Source: Bacteroidales bacterium (GTDB lineage: Bacteria; Bacteroidota; Bacteroidia; Bacteroidales; UBA932). From it: a stretch of DNA of 64,000 nucleotides. Both the position numbers and the translations under genes were made by a program. The stretch is from NCBI GenBank assembly GCA_012515395.1, contig JAAYYL010000176.1:3914-67913 (forward strand), in the 5' to 3' direction. Below the pieces are notes generated by a model. It had not been told where the DNA came from. It searched no databases and saw only the letters and a list, made by a program, of their open reading frames with translations. How positions within the stretch are numbered: the first letter of the stretch is position 1; each line of letters starts with the position of its first letter. Below are positions 1-8,719 of this stretch, piece after piece.

Positions 1-829
1 GTCCTTCATAAAAAAGGCGTTCCGCCGGTTCTTTGTCCGCAAGGCCGGAAGATTCGTGGGAAGCTGTATTATAATAGGTGCCGTATGTGTTGAAATAATA
101 GGAAATCAGACTGTCACCGCCTGCCGACTTGTAATTCAGGTAAATCATGGCCTCGGCAATATTCATATAATTGATGCGGCCTCCCCGGTTTGATGCGTCG
201 TATTTTTCCGTGGTAAAATACAATCCTTTGTACTTTGCCGTGAATGCTTCCGTACTGTCTCGTTCTATGGAATCAGCCTGAAGCAGTTCGTAAGCGAAAG
301 ATTCCGTAAAGTCTATCCGGAGAGTGTCGCGTCCCAGGTAAATAAGACCGGGTTTGCTGACGGGGATGGGGTCTATGTATTCTTCAGAAAAGGAATCCGG
401 GTAAATTTCAAGGTGGTTCAGATCTTTTATCAGCCGGTATACGTATACATTCTGGGGCATGTAACGGTCAGCTTCGTTAAAGACCGTAAAACCGCTCATG
501 GGTATATTGACAAACATATTGTCCACTTCCGGATCTTCCCCGTATTCTTCTTTATACGCATAAGGGGCAAACTGGATCAGTCCCGAAGATGTGGTATTCC
601 CAAAAACCGGCGAGTTGACGGACCCGAATTCAAGGTAAGAAGGAGCCGCCATATTCATACTGTCAGCTACCGTAGTAAACATTGGAGCTTCAAAATCCCG
701 GGTCTGAATGTAGATGAACTGGTTGGACGGGATGAACCCCGAGCCCATACGGTTATCCACCGGGACACAGGAAGTTAACATGAGAAGGAAAATGGCAGGT
801 AGAAAAAAACTGCGGGCCCTGATTGTCAT
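1..829 (-). CDS. Lipoprotein, probably DUF4270 family (N-terminal part; 3' end lies beyond the window start)
   Basis: Absent from the ORF track because no stop falls inside the window. Read by hand: ATG at 829..827 and the frame stays open to nt 2 (every codon checked). The N-terminus MTIRARSFFLPAIFLLMLTSC is a signal peptide with a lipobox Cys. The start overlaps the upstream stop as ATGA. The family name rests on remembered Bacteroidota synteny (short GT5 followed by DUF4270), not on a search. Confidence 0.55.
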   Translation of the reverse strand, partial: MTIRARSFFLPAIFLLMLTSCVPVDNRMGSGFIPSNQFIYIQTRDFEAPMFTTVADSMNMAAPSYLEFGSVNSPVFGNTTSSGLIQFAPYAYKEEYGEDPEVDNMFVNIPMSGFTVFNEADRYMPQNVYVYRLIKDLNHLEIYPDSFSEEYIDPIPVSKPGLIYLGRDTLRIDFTESFAYELLQADSIERDSTEAFTAKYKGLYFTTEKYDASNRGGRINYMNIAEAMIYLNYKSAGGDSLISYYFNTYGTYYNTASHESSGLADKEPAERLFYEG

Positions 830-1653
830 TTGGTTTCTAAAATTTTTTCGTAAAAACGGTTGTAATCCGTAATATATGTGCTTTCAGGGTCTTGCGGGTC
901 TATGAACGGGAGAACGGGGAGATTCAGGCTTTTTGCAAATTCGGGAAGCGCAGGGTCAACATTCGGGTTGGCCAATATAACGCCGTCTGAATACTGTATG
1001 GCCGTTTTGGCCAGATTCACGGCGCCGGGTTCCGCCAGAAATTCCACGTCCTTGGTTTTCATGCCGCCTGTAAGAACCTTGGAACGCATATTCTCGTTAA
1101 AAGTTTCCGTGGTCAGGTCATTGTATAAGGACAGGACCACTTTGGCGTGTGTGAAGAGCGGGTCGTTGCGGTACGCTTTTTTGAGGTACAGGGGCAACAG
1201 GTGGCTGAGCCATCCGTGACAATGTACTATGGTAGGCTTCCAACGCAGTTTCTTCACGGTTTCCAACACTCCCCGAGCAAAAAATATGCCCCGTTCATCG
1301 TTGTCGGCAAAAAACCTTTCGTTTTCGTCTCTGTATATGAATTTTCTCTGGAAATAATCTTCATTGTCAATAAAATAGACCTGCATCCGGGCAGCAGATA
1401 TGGACGCCACCTTTATTATAAGCGGCCGATCAATATCTTTAATGATGATGTTCATTCCGGACAAGCGGATGACTTCATGAAGCTGGTTGCGACGTTCGTT
1501 TATACACCCGTATTTGGGCATAAACGAGCGAATTTCGCCGCCGGATTCCTGGATGGCCTGTGGCAGATGCCTTCCTATGTAAGACATATCCGACTGTGGC
1601 AGAAACGGGAATATCTCCGAACTTACATACAGAATCTTTTTGGCTTTGGACAT
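826..1653 (-). CDS. Short 'glycogen/starch synthase'-like protein (GT5 N-terminal domain only, about 275 aa)
   Basis: The track ORF 826..1677 begins at GTG; the in-frame ATG at 1653 gives MSKAKKILYVSSEIFPF..HCHGWLSHLLPLYLK, typical of the starch synthase catalytic N-domain. There is no C-terminal GT-B half. Confidence 0.75.
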   Translation of the reverse strand: MSKAKKILYVSSEIFPFLPQSDMSYIGRHLPQAIQESGGEIRSFMPKYGCINERRNQLHEVIRLSGMNIIIKDIDRPLIIKVASISAARMQVYFIDNEDYFQRKFIYRDENERFFADNDERGIFFARGVLETVKKLRWKPTIVHCHGWLSHLLPLYLKKAYRNDPLFTHAKVVLSLYNDLTTETFNENMRSKVLTGGMKTKDVEFLAEPGAVNLAKTAIQYSDGVILANPNVDPALPEFAKSLNLPVLPFIDPQDPESTYITDYNRFYEKILETK

Positions 1654-1678
1654 AAGGCTTTTACCCAGTTTAAACACA

Positions 1679-1686
1679 CAAAGATA
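1679..1686 (-). promoter_or_regulatory. Bacteroidota -7 box TATCTTTG (minus strand), upstream of the GT5 gene
   Basis: The reverse complement of caaagata matches TAnnTTTG, 25 nt upstream of the ATG at 1653. Confidence 0.4.
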
Positions 1687-1708
1687 GCAAAAATTCTTAT
1701 ACTTTCAT

Positions 1709-1716
1709 TATCTTTG
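1709..1716 (+). promoter_or_regulatory. Bacteroidota -7 box TATCTTTG, upstream of ftsX
   Basis: Exact TAnnTTTG match 12 nt before the ATG at 1729. Confidence 0.4.
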
Positions 1717-1728
1717 ATTTTCGAAATT

Positions 1729-2619
1729 ATGGCGCAGCAAGAGAAAAATATTATCAACCGGCAACTTGTTCAATCCTATTTGTCATCGGTCATTAGCATC
1801 GCGCTGGTGCTGTTTTTGATGGGAATTGCCGGTCTGCTGGCTGTCAATGCCAGGACTGTATCCGATTATTTCAAGGAACACATTGGCGTTTCCGTGATTT
1901 TGTCCAAAGAAATGAAAGATGCGGATTCAACCCTGATAATCAAACAGATGTTGGCTCAGGAGTATGTGCGTGATGCCGTGCGGGAAGCTTCTTTTGTTTC
2001 GCGGGAACAAGGTGCGCGGGAAATGGCCGAATTACTCGGTTCGGGGTTTCTTGATATTTTTGAATACAATCCGCTGCCCGCATCCATTGAATTAAGGCTG
2101 AACGCACCCTATGTACAGAATGACAGTATTGCTCTTTTGGAATCGCATCTGGCAAAATTCAGGCAAATTGAAGAAGTGTCCTATCAAGCCCCGCTAATAT
2201 CTTTGATAAACAAAAATCTGAGAAACATAGGAATGGTGCTGGGGGTCATCATTTTGATCCTTTTAATTATCTCTTTTGCTTTGATACACAACACCATAAG
2301 ACTTTCTGTATATGCCCGGAGGTTTACTATCTACACGATGAGACTGGTAGGTGCTACCAAACGGTTTATCCGTAAACCTTTTATGATACAGGCTTTTATA
2401 CAGGGATTAATTGCTTCGCTGATAGCCATTCTTTTGCTTATTGGACTCCTGTATTTTTTGCAACGGGAATTTCCGGGCATTCTGATGCTCGTTTCACCGC
2501 ATATGTTCCTTGTAGTAGCCGGAGCCATTCTGGTTACCGGGATACTGCTATGCCGGATATCCACTTTTTTTGTCGTTAACCGTGTCGTGAAGCTGAAAGC
2601 TTCCGCTTTTTATTATTGA
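1729..2619 (+). CDS. ftsX: Cell division permease FtsX-like
   Basis: The track ORF 1147..2619 is antisense to the GT5 gene over its first 580 nt. The ATG at 1729 gives MAQQEKNIINRQLVQSYLSSVISIALVLFLMG, followed by a periplasmic loop and three C-terminal TM helices (FtsX topology). Confidence 0.8.
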   Translation: MAQQEKNIINRQLVQSYLSSVISIALVLFLMGIAGLLAVNARTVSDYFKEHIGVSVILSKEMKDADSTLIIKQMLAQEYVRDAVREASFVSREQGAREMAELLGSGFLDIFEYNPLPASIELRLNAPYVQNDSIALLESHLAKFRQIEEVSYQAPLISLINKNLRNIGMVLGVIILILLIISFALIHNTIRLSVYARRFTIYTMRLVGATKRFIRKPFMIQAFIQGLIASLIAILLLIGLLYFLQREFPGILMLVSPHMFLVVAGAILVTGILLCRISTFFVVNRVVKLKASAFYY

Positions 2620-2626
2620 TGTGTAC

Positions 2627-2902
2627 ATGAAAAAAATCAACGGAAATAAAAAAGAACAAGAAGCTGCTTTAGCCATGCCTCTGAAAAATGTGTACCTGTT
2701 GTTGATCGGCCTGGCCGTTATTGCCCTGGGCTTTCTATTACTGGCCGGGGGCGGGTCCGATGATCCGCAGGTGTTCCGTCAGGAAGCCATGTTCAGTTTT
2801 CGCCGGATGGTCATTGCCCCCCTGCTTATATGCGGTGGCTTTGTCTTTGAGATCATAGCCATTATGAAAGTAAGCAAACGCAAGGAAGATGAACGGGTTT
2901 GA
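2627..2902 (+). CDS. Small two-TM membrane protein, DUF3098-like
   Basis: MKKINGNKKEQ..; two hydrophobic helices. It lies between ftsX and uppP, as in other Bacteroidota (recalled). The track start at 2621 is GTG; the ATG at 2627 is preferred. Confidence 0.6.
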   Translation: MKKINGNKKEQEAALAMPLKNVYLLLIGLAVIALGFLLLAGGGSDDPQVFRQEAMFSFRRMVIAPLLICGGFVFEIIAIMKVSKRKEDERV

Positions 2903-3695
2903 AGCTTTGGTCCTGGGGCTTGTTCAGGGCTTTACCGAGTTTCTTCCGGTAAGCAGCAGCGGGCACCTGGTTATTGTCAAGCATCTTTTTGGGATAGAAA
3001 CGACGGACGCTTCTTTCGAGATCATAGTTCATGCTGCAACGGTTCTGAGCACGGTGGTCGTATTTTGGAAACCTTTGTGGGAAATGGTCCGCGACACGCT
3101 CAGTTTCAGAAAGACCGAGTCTACGGGCATGGCGCTCCGGATTCTTTTGTCCACATTGCCTGTCCTTGTGGTGGGATTGTTTTTTAAAGACAAAATTGAA
3201 GCTCTCTTTACCGGGGGGCTTTCCATTGTAGGATGGATGTTGTTGCTTACTGCAGCCTTTTTGCTTCTGTCACAGTGGCTTTCAGGTATCAGGCAAAAAC
3301 AGGGCAATACCCATCCCATTGGTTACCGGGATGCTTTTTTAATGGGTATAGCGCAGGCGTTTGCAGTACTTCCCGGTTTGTCCCGTTCGGGAGCTACCAT
3401 AGCCACGGGATTATCTTTGGGAGGACACAAAGACAAAGTGGCTCCATTTTCCTTTATGATGGTGTTGATCCCTGTATTGGGAGAAGCATTCCTGGAAATC
3501 GTTTCCGGAGGATTTGCCCCGGCTGTAACAGGACTTTCTTTCCATGCCATGGCCATAGGCTTTTTGGCTGCTTTTACGGCGGGACTGCTGGCTTGTAAAT
3601 TAATGATAGCCATTGTCCGTAAAGTAAGATTTACCTGGTTTGCCGTTTATTGTCTGCTGGTCGGACTGGCCTGTTTGTTAGTACCGTTGTTATGA
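2889..3695 (+). CDS. uppP: Undecaprenyl-diphosphate phosphatase
   Basis: MNGFEALVLGLVQGFTEFLPVSSSGHL and PGLSRSGATI are BacA/UppP signature motifs. Confidence 0.93.
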   Translation: MNGFEALVLGLVQGFTEFLPVSSSGHLVIVKHLFGIETTDASFEIIVHAATVLSTVVVFWKPLWEMVRDTLSFRKTESTGMALRILLSTLPVLVVGLFFKDKIEALFTGGLSIVGWMLLLTAAFLLLSQWLSGIRQKQGNTHPIGYRDAFLMGIAQAFAVLPGLSRSGATIATGLSLGGHKDKVAPFSFMMVLIPVLGEAFLEIVSGGFAPAVTGLSFHAMAIGFLAAFTAGLLACKLMIAIVRKVRFTWFAVYCLLVGLACLLVPLL

Positions 3696-4465
3696 AAAAA
3701 TATGTTTTTACAGCCGATGTGCACCTGGGATTGAAAAAAGGAGATCCCGCCCAAAGGGAACGGCGTTTTGTTCAGTTTCTGGAAAATCTGGATGATAATA
3801 CAGCCGGGTTGTTTCTGCTGGGAGACATTTTTGATTTCTGGTATGATTACAAATACGTGATTCCAAGGGGTTATACACGTACACTGGGTGCGTTGGCCCG
3901 TGTCAGGGACCGGGGAATTCCCATACATTTTTTTGTAGGGAATCACGATCTCTGGACATTCGGGTACATGGAAGAAGAACTGGGCATTGAGGTACATCGG
4001 GGGGAGTTGTATATAGAATTGGAAGGTAAGAATTTTCTTTTGGGACATGGGCACCGCATGGGCCGTTATCCTTTAAAGACCAGGTTTCTGCACGGGATGT
4101 TCCACAACCGTTTTTTACAGATTCTCTTTAGCGGACTTCATCCCAGATGGGCCTACGCTCTTGGGCTCAAATGGTCTGCTCATAACAGGAACAATCATAA
4201 ACCGCGTTACAAATTTTGTTGTGAAGAAGCTCCGATATACAAATACGCATCTGAATACGAACGCCCTGTAGATTACTGCATAGCCGGACATTTGCATACG
4301 TCTGCCCGTTGCCGTTTGCCGGCAGGCGGTGAGCTGATCATTCTGGAGGATTGGCTGTCAGTTGACCCTGCGGGTCCCGTAAGGGGAGATGTTGGTGTCT
4401 TTGGGCGGTCCGAAAAGGGAGAAATAGAGGTAATAAAAGCGCCCGTCGTGGTACATGCGGACTAA
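3692..4465 (+). CDS. lpxH: UDP-2,3-diacylglucosamine diphosphatase (LpxH-type metallophosphoesterase)
   Basis: The ATG at 3692 gives MKKYVFTADVHLG. GDIFDFW, GNHD and GHGH are calcineurin-like phosphoesterase motifs. Confidence 0.75.
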   Translation: MKKYVFTADVHLGLKKGDPAQRERRFVQFLENLDDNTAGLFLLGDIFDFWYDYKYVIPRGYTRTLGALARVRDRGIPIHFFVGNHDLWTFGYMEEELGIEVHRGELYIELEGKNFLLGHGHRMGRYPLKTRFLHGMFHNRFLQILFSGLHPRWAYALGLKWSAHNRNNHKPRYKFCCEEAPIYKYASEYERPVDYCIAGHLHTSARCRLPAGGELIILEDWLSVDPAGPVRGDVGVFGRSEKGEIEVIKAPVVVHAD

Positions 4466-5035
4466 TTCTTCCAGAATTTTGTCTTCCCCGTATTTGTCGT
4501 ACGGTTTTTTCATATCGGCCCCGAAAATCCGGGCTACGCCCTGCCAGAAAGCCGCGGTAAGACCTCCTCGATAACTTTTGACCACCGCAAAGGACGTCTG
4601 GCCGATCTCCCGGTCAATCAGGCGCAGGAGCATTCGCCCCTGGGAGAAGGTGAGTTTCTTCAAAGGGGCCTCAAACTCGGCAAAAAGATCTTTTTCCGTT
4701 TGTGCCAGGAAGCGTTCCCGTTCCATGGCCGAGAAGTTGCTGGCCGCCATAATGCTGTCCGCCGTGTCCATCCGCGCACGGGCCTGAAGGGCGTAAGGAT
4801 AAGCCCTGGCAAAATTGTGAACGGTACGGTAAAATTCACGCCAGTTTTTGTCGTTTTTCTTAATGTCCCGGTTGTATACGTAAACCGGCGGCAGTGATTC
4901 CACAAAGAGGGTGTCTCCGTTTTCTATGATAAAACCCATAAGATGACCGCGGCGCAAAGAGTCGTTTTGTGCCGGAAGGATGAGCGGGGTCAGGATACAA
5001 AGACCCCAGAGAAAAAGGGTGAACGTTGTTCTCAT
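4358..5035 (-). CDS. Secreted DUF4294-like protein
   Basis: Signal peptide MRTTFTLFLWGLCILTPLILPAQ. The start overlaps the stop of the upstream kinase gene as ATGA (5032..5035). The family name is from memory. Confidence 0.6.
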   Translation of the reverse strand: MRTTFTLFLWGLCILTPLILPAQNDSLRRGHLMGFIIENGDTLFVESLPPVYVYNRDIKKNDKNWREFYRTVHNFARAYPYALQARARMDTADSIMAASNFSAMERERFLAQTEKDLFAEFEAPLKKLTFSQGRMLLRLIDREIGQTSFAVVKSYRGGLTAAFWQGVARIFGADMKKPYDKYGEDKILEELVRMYHDGRFYYLYFSLFGPPKDTNISPYGTRRVN

Positions 5036-5445
5036 TCAATTTTCATGGAGAAGCAAAAAACGTTCCTGTTTTTTTCCCTTTTGTAAGATAGTTCGTGAGT
5101 GAGGTTTTTGACCAGATGAATACCCAGGCCCCCGATGGGTCTTTCTTCGGCCGGTAGCGTAGTGTCTGCCTGGTCTTGTTCCAGGGGATTGAAAGGGATG
5201 CCCCCGTCATCCAGTGTACCTGTGAATTTCTTGTCCGTCAGGCTCATTTCAACACGGATTTTGTCCGGCGGATCTTCGGGGCGGTATCCGTAAGATACAA
5301 TATTGCTGAACATTTCGTCAAAGACCAGTTTGATCTTGTATTGCACGGGAACGGGGACCCTGCCGGATTCAAGAAATTCTTCGGCGGTATCCAGCAAACG
5401 GGACAGCTCAGACAATTTATTATCCAGTTCCAAAGTGCGTTTCAT
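5032..5445 (-). CDS. RsbW/SpoIIAB-type anti-sigma regulatory Ser/Thr kinase (HATPase_c_2)
   Basis: 137 aa. N-box DEMFSNIVSYG, DDGGIPFNP and GGLGIHLV. Confidence 0.8.
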   Translation of the reverse strand: MKRTLELDNKLSELSRLLDTAEEFLESGRVPVPVQYKIKLVFDEMFSNIVSYGYRPEDPPDKIRVEMSLTDKKFTGTLDDGGIPFNPLEQDQADTTLPAEERPIGGLGIHLVKNLTHELSYKREKNRNVFCFSMKIE

Positions 5446-5456
5446 AACGACTACTG

Positions 5457-6638
5457 TTAAGTTCTTTTAACAACAAGGACGGTGATGTCATCACTTTGCT
5501 CTTCGTCTCCGGCAAAACGGGCGACATCACCGGTTATGGTGCGACAGGTAATTTCTGAAGTATCTGCAGCCGACATGACGTCGGGATCTTTGAGGACTTT
5601 TTCCCGCAGCAGTTCCTGCAGTGTGTCGAATCCGTATTCTTCCTGTGCGGAATTGAAGGCTTCCGTTACCCCGTCCGTATAAAGAACCAGGACATCACCC
5701 TCCCGGAACGGGATACTGTGAGCGGTAAAGCCAAACCCGTCGATAATTCCCAGAACAATATTGCAAGTCATTGGAAAGACTTCCATAGTACCGTCCTTTC
5801 TCAACAAGACGGGGGGATTGTGTCCTGCGTTTACAAAATGCAGGGTGTCGTTTTCTTTGTCCATCATCCCGTAAAAAACGGTCACGAACATTGAATTCAC
5901 GCTTTCCGTACATAGCAGGTGATTGACGTAATTCATACATTCGGAAGGGGACATGCCTTTCAATCCGGTAGCCCGGATCAGGGTGCGGCTTACGGCCATA
6001 AAGATGGCGGCAGGGATTCCCTTCCCCGAAACGTCGCCGATCACAAAGCCCATCCGGTGATCGTCCATCAGGAAATAATCGTAGAAATCGCCTCCGATTT
6101 GTTTGGCAGCGTCCATGGATCCGTAAATGTCTGCCCAACCCAGGTCAGGGATCCTTTTGGGAAGGATGGCGCGTTGGATCTCGCGGGCCACCAGAAGGTC
6201 GTGTTCTATGGACAGCAGTTTGTCGTGGTAAGCCAGGCCTTCCCGGACGACGTTCAACTCGGCAATGGTTTTTTCCAGAGTTACTTCCAGGTCGTTGAAA
6301 TCTACCGGTTTGGTGACAAAGTCAAATGCTCCGCGATTCATCGCCGTGCGGATATTTTCCATGTCCCCGTAAGCCGAACAAATGACCGTTTTGAGCAACG
6401 GGTTTTTCAGTTCCCTGACTTTGCTCAACAGCGTAAGGCCGTCCATTTCCGGCATATTGATGTCGCTCAGAATGATGGCTATGTCGGGCACTTCAATAAG
6501 TTTTGCCAATGCTTCCAGTCCGTTGAAGGCGAAATGGAATTCGTACTGACCGTTGCGTATTTGCCTGCGGAATTTTTGATTGATCACAAATTGAAGATCG
6601 GTTTCGTCGTCAACTACCAGTATCTTTTCTGATGCCAT
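5457..6638 (-). CDS. Response-regulator receiver fused to a PP2C/SpoIIE phosphatase (RsbU-like)
   Basis: KILVVDDE..LSDINMPEMDG..KP receiver, followed by AREIQRAILP..GGDFYDY..GDVSGKG..YTDGVTEA (SpoIIE domain). Confidence 0.88.
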   Translation of the reverse strand: MASEKILVVDDETDLQFVINQKFRRQIRNGQYEFHFAFNGLEALAKLIEVPDIAIILSDINMPEMDGLTLLSKVRELKNPLLKTVICSAYGDMENIRTAMNRGAFDFVTKPVDFNDLEVTLEKTIAELNVVREGLAYHDKLLSIEHDLLVAREIQRAILPKRIPDLGWADIYGSMDAAKQIGGDFYDYFLMDDHRMGFVIGDVSGKGIPAAIFMAVSRTLIRATGLKGMSPSECMNYVNHLLCTESVNSMFVTVFYGMMDKENDTLHFVNAGHNPPVLLRKDGTMEVFPMTCNIVLGIIDGFGFTAHSIPFREGDVLVLYTDGVTEAFNSAQEEYGFDTLQELLREKVLKDPDVMSAADTSEITCRTITGDVARFAGDEEQSDDITVLVVKRT

Positions 6639-6640
6639 GT

Positions 6641-8719
6641 TTATTGTTGTTGTTTTATGGGTATGGTTACTATAAATTCTGCGTATTGTCCCGGCTCCGA
6701 TTCCACGCGGATTTGCCCGTTGTGAACTTTCACAACAATGTCGTAGCTCAGCGAGAGGCCCAGCCCGGTGCCTTTGCCGGCCGGCTTTGTGGTAAAGAAA
6801 GGATCGAATATTTTTTTGATGTTTTCCTGCGAAATGCCTTTCCCGTTATCCCGGATCCGTACTTCCAGCATACCTTCGTACTGGCTGCTGCTGACACGGA
6901 GCGTGGGAACCCAGCCCGAGGGTTTGGACGGGGCCGAGTCTTTTACCGAGTAGCAGGCGTTGTTGATCAGGTTCAGAAATACCCGGCTCAAATCTTGCGG
7001 AACGACGCTGATCTGGGGCAGGTCTTTGTCAAAATCTTCTTCAATGGTAATGTTGAATGAATTGTCCTGTGCCCTCATTCCGTGGTATCCCAGGGCAATA
7101 TCTTCCGACAACATGTTATTTATGTCGGTCAGCTGGAATTCCCCGCTTTTTCCCCTGGAGTGCAATAACATTCCCTTTACTATGCTGTCGGCGCGTTTGC
7201 CGTGTTCCAGAATCTTGGAGGCATTCATGGAAAGATCTCCCAGGATCTCATTTACGTAAGATCGGTCGTCTTCTTTCATTTCTACGGGTTCCAAGGCTTC
7301 ATTCAGCTCTTTGGTCAGGTCTATGGACAGTTCGGAAAAATTATTGATGAAATTCAGGGGGTTCTTGATCTCGTGGGCTACGCCTGCGGTCAATTGTCCC
7401 AGTGAAGCCATTTTTTCCGACTGTACAAGTTGTTCCTGGGTTTCCACCAACTGGGCCGTGCGTTCTACAACCCGGTCTTCGAGTGTCTGGTGCGCCTCTT
7501 CAATTTCCTGCATCATGACAGAGAAGGACTGGGCCAGTTCTCCGATCTCATCTTTGGATGCCAGTTCAGGGACCTCGGTGGTATAATCACCTGTTTCCGC
7601 AACACTCTTGGCGTAGCGGGTCAGTTTGACTATGGGCAGGGTCAGTACACGCGCCACAATAAACACAAATCCGAAAAGCACGAAAAGCGAAAACAAACCC
7701 ACGATGGCCAGAATGGTGTTCAGGCTATGCAACTCGGCAAGGGCTTCCTTTCGGGGATAGATCAAGGCCAGGGACCAGTCGTTGGCACGGATGGGCGCAT
7801 ATGCAAACCAGGCTTTTTCATCCCGGTTGGGAAACATAAAGGAATCCATGAACAACCCGCTTTCCCCGTCCAGCATTTTGCGGTATACGCCAAATTGTTG
7901 CTCTTTGATCAATTCGGCTTCTTCCGGTTCCAGCTCCCGGTTGGTGGCCAGCCAGTCTTCCATGGCAGAGAATACGGTTTCGTTCATTCTCTGCTGTTCA
8001 TTGCGATGGTATACAAACCGTCCTCCGTTTGTGATCAAAAAACCGTACCCGGATTCGTAAACGTCCAGGTTTTCCATCAGGCTGTTGATCCACTGGAGGG
8101 ATATGTCTACGGTCGTAACTCCTGCTATGACACGTTTTCCGTCCTTTTGGGTATAGAACGGAACGGAATAGGTGATCATCAGCACGTTGTCGTGGCCGGC
8201 GGATGTTTCGTAATAGGGATCGGACCAATACGGTTCTTGCAATTGCATGGGGATCATGTACCAGTCTTCCATGAAATAATTGTCCTGTCCGTCAAAAAGC
8301 AAGGTGGATGAGATGCTGTCTTCTTTTCTGAACGCATAGGGGGCCATGTGGGGAAGGTTTGCATACATGCCCGGTTCAAAGGCAATGGCTGCCCCGAATA
8401 CATCGGGATTTTCGCGCAACAGGGATTCCAGCATCCGGCCCAGATCCAATTTGGTCCAGTCTGTGCACTGATTCAACTGGGAAGCCATTACGGTGGGAAT
8501 ACGCTGGGTTGCGGCAAATATCTCGTTAATCCTTCCGGCATATTCTTCTGTCTGGTGCTGGGCCTTTTCCAGTATCACCGCTGTCATATGTTTTTTAGAG
8601 GAACTGTAATTGAGTCCCAGGATTATAACCAGAATAATGGCTGTACCGGCAAATACATACCGGGCTATGGTGTAGGAAATACTTTTCCTTCTTTTATAAG
8701 GGAACGATGAATTTTTCAT
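6641..8719 (-). CDS. Sensor histidine kinase with periplasmic Cache-like domain, HAMP, HisKA and HATPase
   Basis: H-box GVAHEIKNPLNF; DNGKGI and GTGLGLS. A TM helix precedes a ~300 aa extracytoplasmic region, then a second TM helix. The start is set at Met29 of the track ORF (8719) because upstream of it the ORF runs through the preceding gene. Confidence 0.88.
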   Translation of the reverse strand: MKNSSFPYKRRKSISYTIARYVFAGTAIILVIILGLNYSSSKKHMTAVILEKAQHQTEEYAGRINEIFAATQRIPTVMASQLNQCTDWTKLDLGRMLESLLRENPDVFGAAIAFEPGMYANLPHMAPYAFRKEDSISSTLLFDGQDNYFMEDWYMIPMQLQEPYWSDPYYETSAGHDNVLMITYSVPFYTQKDGKRVIAGVTTVDISLQWINSLMENLDVYESGYGFLITNGGRFVYHRNEQQRMNETVFSAMEDWLATNRELEPEEAELIKEQQFGVYRKMLDGESGLFMDSFMFPNRDEKAWFAYAPIRANDWSLALIYPRKEALAELHSLNTILAIVGLFSLFVLFGFVFIVARVLTLPIVKLTRYAKSVAETGDYTTEVPELASKDEIGELAQSFSVMMQEIEEAHQTLEDRVVERTAQLVETQEQLVQSEKMASLGQLTAGVAHEIKNPLNFINNFSELSIDLTKELNEALEPVEMKEDDRSYVNEILGDLSMNASKILEHGKRADSIVKGMLLHSRGKSGEFQLTDINNMLSEDIALGYHGMRAQDNSFNITIEEDFDKDLPQISVVPQDLSRVFLNLINNACYSVKDSAPSKPSGWVPTLRVSSSQYEGMLEVRIRDNGKGISQENIKKIFDPFFTTKPAGKGTGLGLSLSYDIVVKVHNGQIRVESEPGQYAEFIVTIPIKQQQ

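Noticed and set aside
413-778. 121 aa plus-strand ORF from the track.
   Set aside because: It lies entirely antisense to the hand-verified open lipoprotein frame (829..1). Its sequence is compositionally odd (RIFPVFFFIRIRG) and matches no recognisable family.
1147-1728. A 194 aa N-terminal extension of the ftsX ORF.
   Set aside because: It is antisense to the GT5 gene and begins at a non-ATG codon. A -7 box at 1709..1716 and a sensible FtsX N-terminus support the ATG at 1729.
5919-8311. Long plus-strand ORFs (5919..6632, 237 aa, and 7430..8311, 293 aa) as possible overlapping genes.
   Set aside because: Both are antisense to confidently recognised receiver-PP2C and histidine kinase genes. 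Their Gly/His/Gln/Phe-rich composition is typical of antisense frames, and neither has a promoter or a family resemblance.
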